Of a stretch of 64,000 nt of DNA, positions 21,307 through 31,632 are shown piece by piece. The DNA is from an uncultured bacterium (GTDB lineage Bacteria > Verrucomicrobiota > Verrucomicrobiia > Limisphaerales > UBA8199), in NCBI GenBank assembly GCA_963749495.1, contig CAVVMW010000021.1, positions 224,001 through 288,000 of the forward strand, in the 5' to 3' direction. Within the stretch, counting starts at the first letter, position 1, and each line of letters begins with the position of its first letter. The notes beneath the pieces were generated by a model that did not search any database, was not told where the DNA came from, and was given only the letters and a program-made list of their open reading frames with translations. The position numbers were made by a program, and so were the translations under genes.

Positions 21307-24300
21307 CTACTGCTGCTTGAGGCGGTAGAAGGTGCTGCCGCCGTGTGGCAAGGGCGCCGTCACGGGACTGGCGGTGCCGCCCGGGACGTCCGTCCAACCC
21401 GCCGGGTTGGCGAGATTGCCGTTTTGCTGGAGGCCAAAGCCGGTGCCCGGCCAACTGAGCGTCAGGGTGTTGCCCGTGAGGCTGATCGTCAGCATCGGGG
21501 GCGGCGGGGGGACGCCACCGGCCATCAACTGGGCGAGTTCGGCCTGGCTCAACGTGCGATTGAAGATGTGGATGTCGTCAAAGTAGCCGGTGTAAGGATG
21601 CCAGTAGGTGTCGTGCGACAGGCCGAACTCCAGTTCCTGATCCGGCGGCCACGCCCCGGCGTTGCCATGCGTGAGCTCGGCATCCAGCTTGCCGTCAACG
21701 TAGAAGGACACAATCCCAAAGGGCAGCCAGGTATAGATGTAGGCGACGTGGTGCCAGTTGCCATCATCCACCGGCGTGACGCCCCCCACGTTCAGGCCGC
21801 TGGGGTAGGCCTGGTCAAAGAGCGCGTCGGGCACGCCACTTGGCGAATCGGGCGAGTTGTTGTTGACGACCAACAGGTCACCCCAGTTGTTGGTGCCCCC
21901 GCGCCGATCCCACAGGAGCTCATCGTTATTGGGGGGGGTCGTGGTGTTGAACCAGAACGCAATCGTGCCCACATTGCTATCGAGATCGGCGTGCGGTGGG
22001 ATGGCAATCTGGTTGCCCACACTCCCGTCGAACTGCATCACGCCCGTTCGCGTCACACTCTTGCCATCCGTATAGGAAGCCACCCAGGTGGCGCCGTTGT
22101 TCACGCCGTCATGCGAGGCCGTCTTCGCCGGCCCTAATGGGGCGTCGTCCAGGACAGTGGTCCCGCCGTCAGCGGTGAAGAGATACCGGGCGACCAGGTT
22201 GTAAGCCATGGGCGGACGCGGGTTGACCACGACGGTTGCCGGCTGGCTGGTGCGCGTGCGGACGGCATTGGTGGCCACGAACACGTAAGTGCCTGCCTGG
22301 TCCGGAGTGATGTTCGTGATGACCAGTTCCGACGCCGTTGCGCCTGGGATGTCCACCCCGTTGTGCTGCCACTTCGTGGTGATCGGGGTTTGGCCGCTGG
22401 CGCCGGAGCGCAAAAAGATGCGGTCCCCCGCGAAGACGTTCCAACTGCTCGGAGCGGGACTCACCACCAACCCTGTGGGCGGCGGGAACACCTGCACTTC
22501 GGCCAGACACATCTGCACGTTGTTCGGGTCAGTCGTATCAGTCGCAGCCGTGTGTTCCAGGCGGACGACCTGGCCGATCTGGCCACTCCCGAGATCCAAC
22601 ACGGTTGGATTGGGTGGGACGTTCGCGCCGGTCAGCGCGACCCGCAACAGTTCCTGGCGCGTGTTCGGATTGTCGGTGTCATAGATCACCAGGTCCACAT
22701 TCTCGTTGCGCGTGCCGCAGCAGTCCGTGCGCCACCAGACGTTGATCGAGCCCATCACCTTGGGAGATTTCAGGTCCACTTCCCACCAACCCAAGCTGCC
22801 GTTGGCGGTGCAGGAAATGGAACCGGCACCCCAGTTGCCGGCGGTGTTGCCGTCAATGGCCCGGCTGGCGACCGTGGCGGAAGTATAATCGGAGTTTTGG
22901 GTGGCCGTGCCGCCCAGCGCATAGTCAATGGGCGTCTGCGGAATCGCGGCGTTGATGCTCTTTGTCACCATCGTATTGCCGGCCAGGTCTTTCACCCCGC
23001 TCACCGTCAGCGCAACCGTGTCGCCCAGGAGCACGTTTTGAATGACCAAGGTGACCGTTTCGCCGTCGGCGCCCAGCGTGACGCTGCCCACCGTAGGTCC
23101 GCCCGCCAGGACATAGTTGCTGGGGTTGGTGGCCGTGGTGGGATCGATCAACTTGCTGAACATCAGGCTTACCCGAACTTGGTCCGTGACCTGCACTTGT
23201 TTGCTGACAATCGTGGGCGGAGTGACGTCGTTCGTCACCGTCAGGGTCACTTCCGAAGAAAACACGCCAAAACCGGAGACGGAGACCTGGACTTTGTATT
23301 TATCCCCGTTGTTCGTCTTGGCCAGCATCGGCGTGGTGTAGGAACTCAGCCAACTGCCCGCCAGTCCCGGCATCTCCACCCCGTTTCGATACCAGCGATA
23401 GCTGATGTTCTCCGGTCGGATGCCGCCGTCCACGGTCGCCACAATGGGACCGAAGGTTGCCGTCTGGTACTCCGCAAGCGTGGCGGGTTGCAAGTCCTGG
23501 GTGAGGGCAATGGCCGGCGCGCTGGCGTAAGGCGGGAACACTTCCACCTCGGCGAGGTTCAGGAATGTGTCGGGGGTGGTCTGGGTGGTGTTGACCATCA
23601 CGATCTGTCCGTTGGCCAGCGCCGGGACGAAGTTCACCACGAACCTTGTGCCGGTGGGCTGGACCACAAACATCTGCTTGTAGAGCGCGTTGGTGAGCGC
23701 GTCGGCGACCGTCAACTGGATGTTCTGGAATCGAGCGTAAGTCGCGTTGTGGACCGGCCAGATCGCCACACTCCCGATGCTCTTGGGCGCGGCCAGGGTC
23801 ACGTTCCACCAGGGCAACGGATCCACCATCGTGCCGTCTGCATTGGTAGTAATGTCCGGCGCGGAAAAACCATATGGGGGCACCGCGGGGGTGACTCCGA
23901 AGTGGTTGCCATCATTGGCTTGTTGGGGACCGTAATCGGCGCTATCGCCCAGGTAGTACGAACTGGAGGCCGCCACGCCGCCGTTGACGTCTTGCGCCCA
24001 GTTGGTCAATTCGATCAGCGGCTGGTTGAAGACCTCGACCTCAGCCAGGCAGACGTAGTCCGGATAGCCGTCCAGGTGCTCGACGTACACCACGCCCCCA
24101 TTGATCATGGGGGTGATATCGAACCCCACGTCGCGGGGCTGACTTCCATTCCATGTGGTATTGTTAGTCTCCCAGAGCGAGACTCGCGTCGCGGTATTCG
24201 TGCTGTCGAAGATCACGATGTGCAGATTGTCGTTACGCGACTGACAGCAGTCCTCGCGAAACCACAGATGGATGTGACCGATGGGTTTGGCGCCGCCCAA

Positions 24301-24534
24301 ATCAACCTGCCACCACTCGCCTGCGGTGTTATTGGCGCTGTGGCTGATGGAGCCGTCGCCCCAATTGCCGGAGATGTTTCCGTCTATGGCGCGGCTGGGC
24401 AGACCGCCGTAGCCAGTCGAGGATGCAGTGGCCGTTCCAGCCAGGGCCCAGTTGGTTAACGTGGTGGCCTGTGCGGACCAGGCCGCCACGCACAGGAGTG
24501 TCATGATACAGAGGTTTTGTCTGATCGATTTCAT
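21307..24534 (-). CDS. Secreted multidomain lectin-like protein (3 F5/8C/fucolectin-type, Ig-like, LamG domains)
   Basis: Signal peptide; RAIDGN...WWQVDL...REDCC repeats; DGNWHHVA...FYVDG...DDIHIFNRTLS; C-terminal TFYRL. Confidence 0.8.
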   Translation of the reverse strand: MKSIRQNLCIMTLLCVAAWSAQATTLTNWALAGTATASSTGYGGLPSRAIDGNISGNWGDGSISHSANNTAGEWWQVDLGGAKPIGHIHLWFREDCCQSRNDNLHIVIFDSTNTATRVSLWETNNTTWNGSQPRDVGFDITPMINGGVVYVEHLDGYPDYVCLAEVEVFNQPLIELTNWAQDVNGGVAASSSYYLGDSADYGPQQANDGNHFGVTPAVPPYGFSAPDITTNADGTMVDPLPWWNVTLAAPKSIGSVAIWPVHNATYARFQNIQLTVADALTNALYKQMFVVQPTGTRFVVNFVPALANGQIVMVNTTQTTPDTFLNLAEVEVFPPYASAPAIALTQDLQPATLAEYQTATFGPIVATVDGGIRPENISYRWYRNGVEMPGLAGSWLSSYTTPMLAKTNNGDKYKVQVSVSGFGVFSSEVTLTVTNDVTPPTIVSKQVQVTDQVRVSLMFSKLIDPTTATNPSNYVLAGGPTVGSVTLGADGETVTLVIQNVLLGDTVALTVSGVKDLAGNTMVTKSINAAIPQTPIDYALGGTATQNSDYTSATVASRAIDGNTAGNWGAGSISCTANGSLGWWEVDLKSPKVMGSINVWWRTDCCGTRNENVDLVIYDTDNPNTRQELLRVALTGANVPPNPTVLDLGSGQIGQVVRLEHTAATDTTDPNNVQMCLAEVQVFPPPTGLVVSPAPSSWNVFAGDRIFLRSGASGQTPITTKWQHNGVDIPGATASELVITNITPDQAGTYVFVATNAVRTRTSQPATVVVNPRPPMAYNLVARYLFTADGGTTVLDDAPLGPAKTASHDGVNNGATWVASYTDGKSVTRTGVMQFDGSVGNQIAIPPHADLDSNVGTIAFWFNTTTPPNNDELLWDRRGGTNNWGDLLVVNNNSPDSPSGVPDALFDQAYPSGLNVGGVTPVDDGNWHHVAYIYTWLPFGIVSFYVDGKLDAELTHGNAGAWPPDQELEFGLSHDTYWHPYTGYFDDIHIFNRTLSQAELAQLMAGGVPPPPPMLTISLTGNTLTLSWPGTGFGLQQNGNLANPAGWTDVPGGTASPVTAPLPHGGSTFYRLKQQ

Positions 24535-24811
24535 ATTTCAAGGATTTGATGTTGCCAAGCTGTTTGGCTGTCTCAGCCAGGACCGGTGGAAATGCCCTCA
24601 TGGGTTGTATGTGCACGGGGGTTGTTCCGCACTGTTACTGGGTTCCAATGGCGCAGGTATCGGTTACCTGGGCCATTTTGTCAAGAGGAAACCGATAGCC
24701 CATCACAGCCATCCCATAGAAATCCAATATACACCCTCGCGATCTCGTGGCAAAGGTCAAACCGGGGGATGTCTTTGTCCCGGAGGGGCAGTGGGAGAAT
24801 GGACCAACGCT

Positions 24812-25348
24812 TCAACGCTGCCATTTCCCGTGGCGGACGAACTCGGGATTGTACCGGGTGCGCGCTTCGAGGTTCTCGCCGGGATGGCCCAGGGCGATGA
24901 CGGCGATGGGGATGAGCGGCGCCGGCAGCGAGAGCATCTCTTTGAGCCGGCCCATGCAATCCTCGCTGGGATGAACGCCGACCCAGCACGCCCCCAGGCC
25001 GAGGCTGTGCGCCGCCAGGAGCAGGTTCTCGATCGCGGCCGAGCAGTCCTGCAGCATATAACTCACCTGCCGCTCCAGGGCGGCATCCAGGTCCCCGCAC
25101 ACTGCAATCCCTACCGTGGCGGCCGCCAGCATCTTGCCGCCCGGCAGCGCCGCCGCCATCTGCGCCAGCACCTGTTCTTCCCGAACCACGATGAAGCGCC
25201 AGGGGTCCTTGGTCATCGCCGAAGGAGCGGCCATCGCGGCCTGGAGGAGCATCGTGAGCGTTTCGTCGCTAATCGGGCCGGGCGCATAGATGCGCACGCT
25301 GCGCCGGCCGAAGATAAAATCCAGTTTCCCCTTTGCAATCGGGCTCAT
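24812..25348 (-). CDS. Nitroreductase family protein
   Basis: RRSVR, AAMAAPSA, PWRFIVV, ENLLLAAHSLGLGACWVG. Confidence 0.92.
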   Translation of the reverse strand: MSPIAKGKLDFIFGRRSVRIYAPGPISDETLTMLLQAAMAAPSAMTKDPWRFIVVREEQVLAQMAAALPGGKMLAAATVGIAVCGDLDAALERQVSYMLQDCSAAIENLLLAAHSLGLGACWVGVHPSEDCMGRLKEMLSLPAPLIPIAVIALGHPGENLEARTRYNPEFVRHGKWQR

Positions 25349-25350
25349 AG

Positions 25351-26172
25351 TCAGCCCTCCAGGCCCCGAGTGCGCGTCCAGTTGCCTGGGGCGGTCTTGG
25401 CCACCCAGAACGACTCGCCCACGCCCACGACCGGCGGGCCAGCGGTCCACTTGCCGTTTTCGTAAGGGTAAAGCACGTACTTCTGCGCGTCCCGGTCGAA
25501 AAGGTGGACGACGTCCCCGTTGGCGATCGGGAACTCCATCGCGTCCAGGCTGCCGGCTTGGGGGAGTTGCGAACTGCGGACCGAAAAGCCCGCGGGGATT
25601 GGAACCGAGAGGTTCCCTTGGGTGACTTGGCCGGTGAAGCACACCGACCTGTACTCGGAGGTCGGATTCAGAAAGATGGCGCCCTCACCCGGCTGGAGCC
25701 GCTCGGCGGGGTTGGCCCACCTGCCGAGTTTCACCGCGTTTTCGCTCAACTGGAAGCGGCGCGTGTCGAATTTATTGAGTGTCGTGCCGTCCGGCCAGCC
25801 ATTGAAGACCTCGCCCACGCCATTGCCGGGGCCTTCCAGCGGGTTGGCGATCATCGAAAAACCCGGAGGCAGCGAGATCGAAACATAGCCAATTACATTG
25901 GCCGAGCAGGCCTGGCCGGAGCGAAGGCGATAAAACCTGCAGTTGAACCTGCGGGCGTCGGAATCCTCATACACGAGGGCTTCGTCGACGGCGCCGCTGG
26001 CAATGGTCTGCCAGGTGCGCAGGTCGGTGCTGGCCTCGATCTCATATAGGCTCCCCTTGTCCAACTGCGTGCTGAAGCCGAATGGACCGCCAGGGACCTT
26101 CAACGCGCTCGAAAGCGAGGGCAACACCGCGTCCTCGGCCTTTCGCTTGCCGAATAACTCGCCGAATTTCAT
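25351..26172 (-). CDS. Hypothetical protein made of Verrucomicrobia-type surface-protein domains
   Basis: IEASTDLRTW...RFYRL then NVIGYV...GFSMIANPL and a duplicated GEG/GES module. Confidence 0.6.
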   Translation of the reverse strand: MKFGELFGKRKAEDAVLPSLSSALKVPGGPFGFSTQLDKGSLYEIEASTDLRTWQTIASGAVDEALVYEDSDARRFNCRFYRLRSGQACSANVIGYVSISLPPGFSMIANPLEGPGNGVGEVFNGWPDGTTLNKFDTRRFQLSENAVKLGRWANPAERLQPGEGAIFLNPTSEYRSVCFTGQVTQGNLSVPIPAGFSVRSSQLPQAGSLDAMEFPIANGDVVHLFDRDAQKYVLYPYENGKWTAGPPVVGVGESFWVAKTAPGNWTRTRGLEG

Positions 26173-26283
26173 AACGCCTTGCGTCTTTCCACGATCCAAT
26201 GTTGCCCAGTTGCGCAGCACGGATTACCAACTACCGGCCACCGAACCATCAACTCCTGACTGCGGACTGCCGACTGCCGGCTC

Positions 26284-27372
26284 CTACGACAAAATCCTTC
26301 TCCCTTCATCGAGGAATATGCCCTTGAAGTTCATCTCCAGGGCCTGCGGGTTGGTGGCCTTTTGCAGGGCCTCCTGTTCGGAGACCTTGCCGTCCTTGAC
26401 GAGTTGGAAGAGGGCCTGGTTGAAATTGATCATGCCGTCCTCATTGCCGGTCTCGATGGCGGCGGCGAGTTTATCCAGCCGGTTTTCCTCCATGAGCTTC
26501 TTGACGGTGGACGTGTTGATGAGGATCTCGACGGCGGGGGTCATGCTCCCGGACAGGGTGTTGACCATGCGCTGGCAGACGACGGCCTGGAGCGTGCCGG
26601 CGAGTTGGCGGCGGATCTGCTCCCGTTCGTCCGCCTTGAAGAAGTCCAGGATGCGGCTGACGGACTGCGAGGCATTGGTCGTGTGGAGCGTCGAGAGGAC
26701 CAGGTGGCCGGTATCGGCCGCACTCATGGCGGCGGTGAAGCTGATGGCGTCGCGCATTTCGCCGATCATGATGATGTCCGGGTCCTGGCGCAGGACGTGC
26801 TTGAGGGCGTGATGGAACGAGAGCGTGTCCAGCCCCACCTCGCGTTGCTCAACAACGCATTGGTTGTCCTCGAAGACATATTCGATGGGATCTTCCAGGG
26901 TGATGATGTGCCGCTTGAAGTTGGCGTTGATGTGCTCGATCATCGCGGCCAGCGTCGTGGACTTGCCGCAACCGGTCGAGCCAGCCAGCAGCACGATGCC
27001 GCGCGGCGATTCGGCAATGCGCTTAATCTGGTCCAGAAGGCCCAACTCCTCGAAGCTAGGGACGATGGTCTTGACGTAGCGCATCGCCAGGCACCAGTGG
27101 CCGCGCTGCTGGAAGAGGTTGGTCCGGAACCGGCCGATGCCAGGCACATAGTAGGAGAAGTTGATCTCGCGCTGCTCCTCCAGCCGTTGCCTCAAATGCA
27201 CCGGCGTGACCGCTTTGACCACCATGGTCATCCATTCCTCCGTGGGCGGCGGACATTCGATGGCGATGAGCTGACGATTGATGCGGAAGATGACGGGCGT
27301 GCCGATCTTCAGGTGTACGTCCGAGGCGGCGCCCTCGACCGCCGTCTTCAGGATGCGGTGAAACATTTCCAT
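26284..27372 (-). CDS. pilT: PilT/PilU type IV pilus retraction ATPase
   Basis: ASDVHL, GSTGCGKSTT, ITLEDPIEY, LRQDPDIIMIGEMRD, TGHLVLSTLHT. Confidence 0.88.
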   Translation of the reverse strand: MEMFHRILKTAVEGAASDVHLKIGTPVIFRINRQLIAIECPPPTEEWMTMVVKAVTPVHLRQRLEEQREINFSYYVPGIGRFRTNLFQQRGHWCLAMRYVKTIVPSFEELGLLDQIKRIAESPRGIVLLAGSTGCGKSTTLAAMIEHINANFKRHIITLEDPIEYVFEDNQCVVEQREVGLDTLSFHHALKHVLRQDPDIIMIGEMRDAISFTAAMSAADTGHLVLSTLHTTNASQSVSRILDFFKADEREQIRRQLAGTLQAVVCQRMVNTLSGSMTPAVEILINTSTVKKLMEENRLDKLAAAIETGNEDGMINFNQALFQLVKDGKVSEQEALQKATNPQALEMNFKGIFLDEGRRILS

Positions 27373-27467
27373 GCCGCCGAGCCTACCAGACGGGCGCCCC
27401 TTGCCAAACACGAAAATGCGCGCCTGGGTGACCGGTCCGCGAAGCCGAAAACAGAGTGCCGGGTGGA

Positions 27468-27613
27468 CCCCTCACCCCAGCCCTCTCCCCTTCCGAAGGG
27501 GAGAGGGAGAAGCACCGGCAGTCTCTTGAATTTCCGGGCGTCTCTGGTTCCTCAAGCGCTGCGGAGAATTCTCCCTCTCCCCATCCGATGGGGAGAGGGC
27601 CGGGGTGAGGGGG
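27468..27613. repeat. REP-like repeat family A
   Basis: Same arms as 2568-2714; near reverse complement of 42587-42733. Confidence 0.75.
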
Positions 27614-27843
27614 TGGCCCTCGTGACACTGCGGCCTTCACCGAGGCATTGCGTTCCCTGGCTTTACTGCGTGGTCTGCGGGCCTCCGGGGTACGGCCATG
27701 CGGTCACTGTGCGGTCTTTCCCCAAATAGTTGGTCCAGGGTTGCCTTCGCCGCCGTTTCTACGCTCATCCCAGTCTGGTGACAAGAAAAGAATTAAGAAA
27801 TTTTCAGATTTCAGGCCCGGCCGCGTTGTGATTAAGCTGGAGC

Positions 27844-28958
27844 ATGTCATTGCCGCCATCGCCCGCGCTGGTCCGGCCGCTGGTGCGGCGCCTCAGACCT
27901 TATGTCCCGGGCGAACAGCCCAGGCTCAAGGGCCTGATCAAGCTCAACACCAACGAAAACCCATACCCCCCCTCGCCCAAGGTCCTGGCCGCCACCCGCG
28001 CCGCAGTGGACGCCCGCCTGCGGCTCTATCCGCCGCCTACAGCCGACCCGCTGCGCGCCAAACTCGCCCGCCTCCACAGTTGCCGGCCGGAGAATATCAT
28101 TGTCGGCAACGGCTCGGACGAACTGCTCAACCTGGCGGTCCGGGCCTTGGTGGAGCCTCGACCCGGCTCGGCCCCCGCCCGCCCAGCCGCTCCCTTCTTC
28201 AGTACTTCGTCCCCAGCTACTCCCTATACCCGGTCCTGGCGGACATCCAGGGCGCAGCCAGCCTCGGCGTGCCCCTCAAATCCGACTTCGGCCTTCCTGC
28301 TCTTATCGAGTCGAGCCGGGGCGGGCAATGGGACTTCCGGGCCGCGCTGACCATCATCACCACGCCCAACGCCCCCAGCGGACGCGGTTATTCCACGGCC
28401 GAGTTGGAGGCGCTTTGCCGCGCTCAAAAAGGGGTTGTAATCCTGGACGAGGCCTATGTGGACTTCGCCCGCGAGCACGCCCTCGGGCTGGCGCTCAAAT
28501 ACCCGCACGTCCTTGTGGCCCGCACCTTCTCGAAGGCATACTCCCTCTGTTTCCAGCGGGTCGGCTATTTCGTCGGCCACCCCGCCCTCATCGCCGCCCT
28601 CCATAAGCTGCGCGACAGCTACAATGTCAACGGCCTTGGCCAAATCGCCGCCCTGGCCACGCTCGGCGACTTGCCTTATTACCGGGCCAACTTCCGCAAG
28701 ATCATCCGGACCCGTGAGTGGCTCAGCCGCGCACTCGCCCAACTCGGTTTCGAGGTCTTTCCCAGCCAGACCAACTTCATCCTGGTCCGCCCGCCCCGGT
28801 TCCCCGCCCAAACCTGGCTGCGGCGCCTGCGCCAGCGCCGCATCCTGGTCCGCTGGTTCGACCAACCGGAAGTCCGCCCCTTCCTCCGCATCACCATCGG
28901 CACCCCGGAGGAGGCATCCGCCTTGCTCGCCGCCTGCAAGCAGATCCTCGGAGGATAG
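27844..28958 (+). CDS. hisC: Histidinol-phosphate aminotransferase, frameshift near 28185
   Basis: [45 protein letters not shown]. Confidence 0.93.
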
Positions 28959-28996
28959 AGCAGCCGAGCGGGCGCGGTGTGCCCGCTCCGCGCCAG

Positions 28997-29085
28997 CGTT
29001 TTTGGACTGCGCTCCCGATGCATCGGGAGCGCTTTTGGGACCCTGGGTATGCGACATGGCCAGCGGAACGGCGCAGCCCAAAACC
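28997..29085. repeat. REP-like repeat family B (ttttggactgcg...cagtccaaa)
   Basis: Related copies at about 38050-38140, 54538-54620 and 55038-55120. Confidence 0.7.
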
Positions 29086-29290
29086 CTGTGGCCTTCCTCC
29101 TCCTCAGCGACTGTCTTGAGAAGGCGCGGGATCGACTCCAGCAAAGCGGCTTGGCCGCCCGTCTGTGTGGCACGGCGGCTGCTCGTAACCTAATCGGATT
29201 ATACAAAGGCGTACCAACCGAGCGCGCGAGCGCTGTCCAGAAAACGTACGTCTTAAAATTGGGCAGAGCGGGGACCGCGGGGCCAATACG

Positions 29291-30289
29291 ATGAGCGAAG
29301 GCCACAAGGCACCGGTTCGAATCCCTCCACCGGCGGGGAGCACGCCGCTGGCGCGCCTGTGTGAGGCGCGGGGCTGTCGCGCCTCCGGCGCTGGCCTGAG
29401 CGCGGAGCCCGCCAGCAGACCCACGGGCGGTGGCCCGCCACCGCAGCGCTCGGCCACCGAGGGGGCCGAAGTTGAAACCCTTGGGGTGGCCGTGGTTGAT
29501 GACGACATGGACTTCCGCAGGGTCGTCCTTGGGGTGCTCTACACGGCGCGCGAGTTCCATTGTTGCGGCTGCTTCTCCACCGCTGCCGAGGCCCTCGACG
29601 CAATTCCCAGGCTCCCGGTCCGCATTGCCTTGGTCGGGCTGTCCCTTCCTGATCTTTGCGGCATCCAGTGCATTCACACCCTTCGACTGCTCCGGCCCGG
29701 CCTGCGCATCGTCCTCACCGCCGCTCCCAACGTGGATGCCGCCATTGTTCAACGGGCCTTGGCCGCCGGAGCCGATGGGTACTGGGTCAAATCGGCCGAA
29801 GCCCAGCGTTGCCTGCAGCTCCTGCGCGTTATCGCCAGCCAACTGGCACCCGCACGCCTCCGCGTTCCGCTCACCGGACGTGAGCAGGAGATATTGGCCG
29901 CCAGGGCCAAGGGACTCTCTTGGAAAGCGATTCCCGGCGAGTTGGGCATTAGCCCATCCCTCGTCGGTAAGCTGCGGCAGCGCATCCACCGCAAGCTGAA
30001 CGCCCACAGCAGCGTTGCCGCCGTCAACAAATGGCGTGAGGCTGGGCGGGGAGGGCCAGGTTGCGACGCCAGGAAAACCGACTCAAACCGGCGGCCAACC
30101 CGGGCGCCCACGGTCACCACATACCCCGTAGAAGGTGAGCCGCATGTTTCAAAATCGAAGACCGATTGGACCGAGGCAGTTCCGGACGCCCCTGGGGGTG
30201 GCATTTTTGCCACCCTCCACCGCCCTTGCCGAGTGTGTAGAATTCGAGCATCGCCGCCGCTTCACGAGGATTACAAAAAACGTGCTTGA
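29291..30289 (+). CDS. NarL/LuxR-type response regulator with atypical receiver; termini uncertain
   Basis: VAVVDDD, ALAAGADGYWVK, LTGREQEIL...IHRKL HTH; phospho-Asp position reads G (IALVGLSLP). Confidence 0.75.
   Translation: MSEGHKAPVRIPPPAGSTPLARLCEARGCRASGAGLSAEPASRPTGGGPPPQRSATEGAEVETLGVAVVDDDMDFRRVVLGVLYTAREFHCCGCFSTAAEALDAIPRLPVRIALVGLSLPDLCGIQCIHTLRLLRPGLRIVLTAAPNVDAAIVQRALAAGADGYWVKSAEAQRCLQLLRVIASQLAPARLRVPLTGREQEILAARAKGLSWKAIPGELGISPSLVGKLRQRIHRKLNAHSSVAAVNKWREAGRGGPGCDARKTDSNRRPTRAPTVTTYPVEGEPHVSKSKTDWTEAVPDAPGGGIFATLHRPCRVCRIRASPPLHEDYKKRA
30196..30215. promoter_or_regulatory. 20-bp palindromic operator GGGTGGCA-N4-TGCCACCC
   Basis: Perfect 8-bp arms, 22 nt before TAGAAT; near-identical copy at 31480-31499. 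Confidence 0.6.
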
Positions 30290-30367
30290 AATTGAATGAG
30301 GACCTCTGATACAAAAAGGCAAAGGACGGCCGGCTTTGGGTCGGCGCAGTTTTGGGTGGTCGGGAAC

Positions 30368-31339
30368 ATGAAAGCATTTTGCAAGCAATCAGCATCGGGC
30401 CGAAGGCTGGGGACCTCAAAAAGGCCAGCTAGCCGGCCGGCGTTTACCCTAATCGAACTACTGGTTGTTATCGCCGTCATCGCCATCCTGGCGGCGCTGC
30501 TGCTGCCAGCCCTCAACCGGGCCAAGCAAGCTGGCTACACGGCCACCTGCAAGAGCAACCTGCGGCAGTGTGGCGTTGCGCTGCAACTATACGTGGGCGA
30601 CCACCTTTACTATCCTCCCTACGCCTTCAACGAGACGAACACCCCCTGGGCGCAGGCTGGTCCATTGGCGAATCCCTTGTTCTGGTATCAGAGGCTCGAG
30701 CCATACACCAAGACCAAGTGGCCCAGCTTAGCGCTGCCGCCGAACGTCCCGGCGGGCGTTGGCGTCGTCTTGCCGCCCGACAGCGTGTACGTTTGCCCCA
30801 GCTACGCGCGGCTGGGGGGATGGTTCTGGGAGGGCAGCGGCGCCTATGCGTACAATAACGTTGGGTTTGCTGGCCACCCAGCACTGGGGAAGCAACTCGG
30901 TCTAGGCGGGGTCGGCGGGGTGCAGGGAGGCGACGTGATGCTTTGGGCGGTCGAGACAGGAGACATCCGCTTCGTGAAGGCGGACGAGGTCGTGCAGCCA
31001 AGCGACATGCTCGCCTTCGGTGACGCTCCGCTCCTGTATGCTCCACAGGCGTCCGCCCCGGACCCCCCCCTTAGTGGTATTGCAGACGAGGGTATGTGGT
31101 GGGGGGAGCCTCTTTACGAACTCGGCCTAGACCTCTCTACTTGGAACTTCGGGGCTCAGACATTGCCCTGGGTCAAGAGGCGGCATGGAGGGCGGTGGAA
31201 CGTGGTGTTTTGCAACGCCCATGCCGAGAACCTCCGGACCGCCCAACTGTTTGACCTCAGGCAGGACAATGTCGCCAAGCGGTGGAACCGGGATAACCTG
31301 CCCCACCCCGAGTTGCAACTGCCGCCATTTCGCCCCTAA
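30368..31339 (+). CDS. Prepilin-type N-terminal cleavage/methylation protein with H-X9-DG-like C-terminus
   Basis: [46 protein letters not shown]. Confidence 0.88.
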   Translation: MKAFCKQSASGRRLGTSKRPASRPAFTLIELLVVIAVIAILAALLLPALNRAKQAGYTATCKSNLRQCGVALQLYVGDHLYYPPYAFNETNTPWAQAGPLANPLFWYQRLEPYTKTKWPSLALPPNVPAGVGVVLPPDSVYVCPSYARLGGWFWEGSGAYAYNNVGFAGHPALGKQLGLGGVGGVQGGDVMLWAVETGDIRFVKADEVVQPSDMLAFGDAPLLYAPQASAPDPPLSGIADEGMWWGEPLYELGLDLSTWNFGAQTLPWVKRRHGGRWNVVFCNAHAENLRTAQLFDLRQDNVAKRWNRDNLPHPELQLPPFRP

Positions 31340-31479
31340 CCTCGTGGGCATCGCGCCTGCGGGCGGGGCGGACCATACGCAACGTGGCCTCAGAGAATCC
31401 AAACCGCCCGCCGTTCCCTCGCTTTTCCGGTCTCTTTGCGCTCACCGTTGTGCGCCTGACGCTCGACGGCTCTCCATGG

Positions 31480-31499
31480 GGGTGGCCATTTTGCCACCC
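31480..31499. promoter_or_regulatory. Second copy of the palindromic operator, upstream of the Cys-rich precursor
   Basis: gggtggccattttgccaccc, 23 nt before TGc-TACAAG. Confidence 0.6.
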
Positions 31500-31632
31500 T
31501 TCTCGAAATGCACGGGCCGTGCTACAAGAGGCGCTAAGGGTTCCGCAGCCGGCGCGCGGTGGAGCGCCCGGCCTGCGGAACGAGAACTAACTGAGCGGCG
31601 CAGTAAAGCGCTCAAAACGAAAAAGGCAGAAT

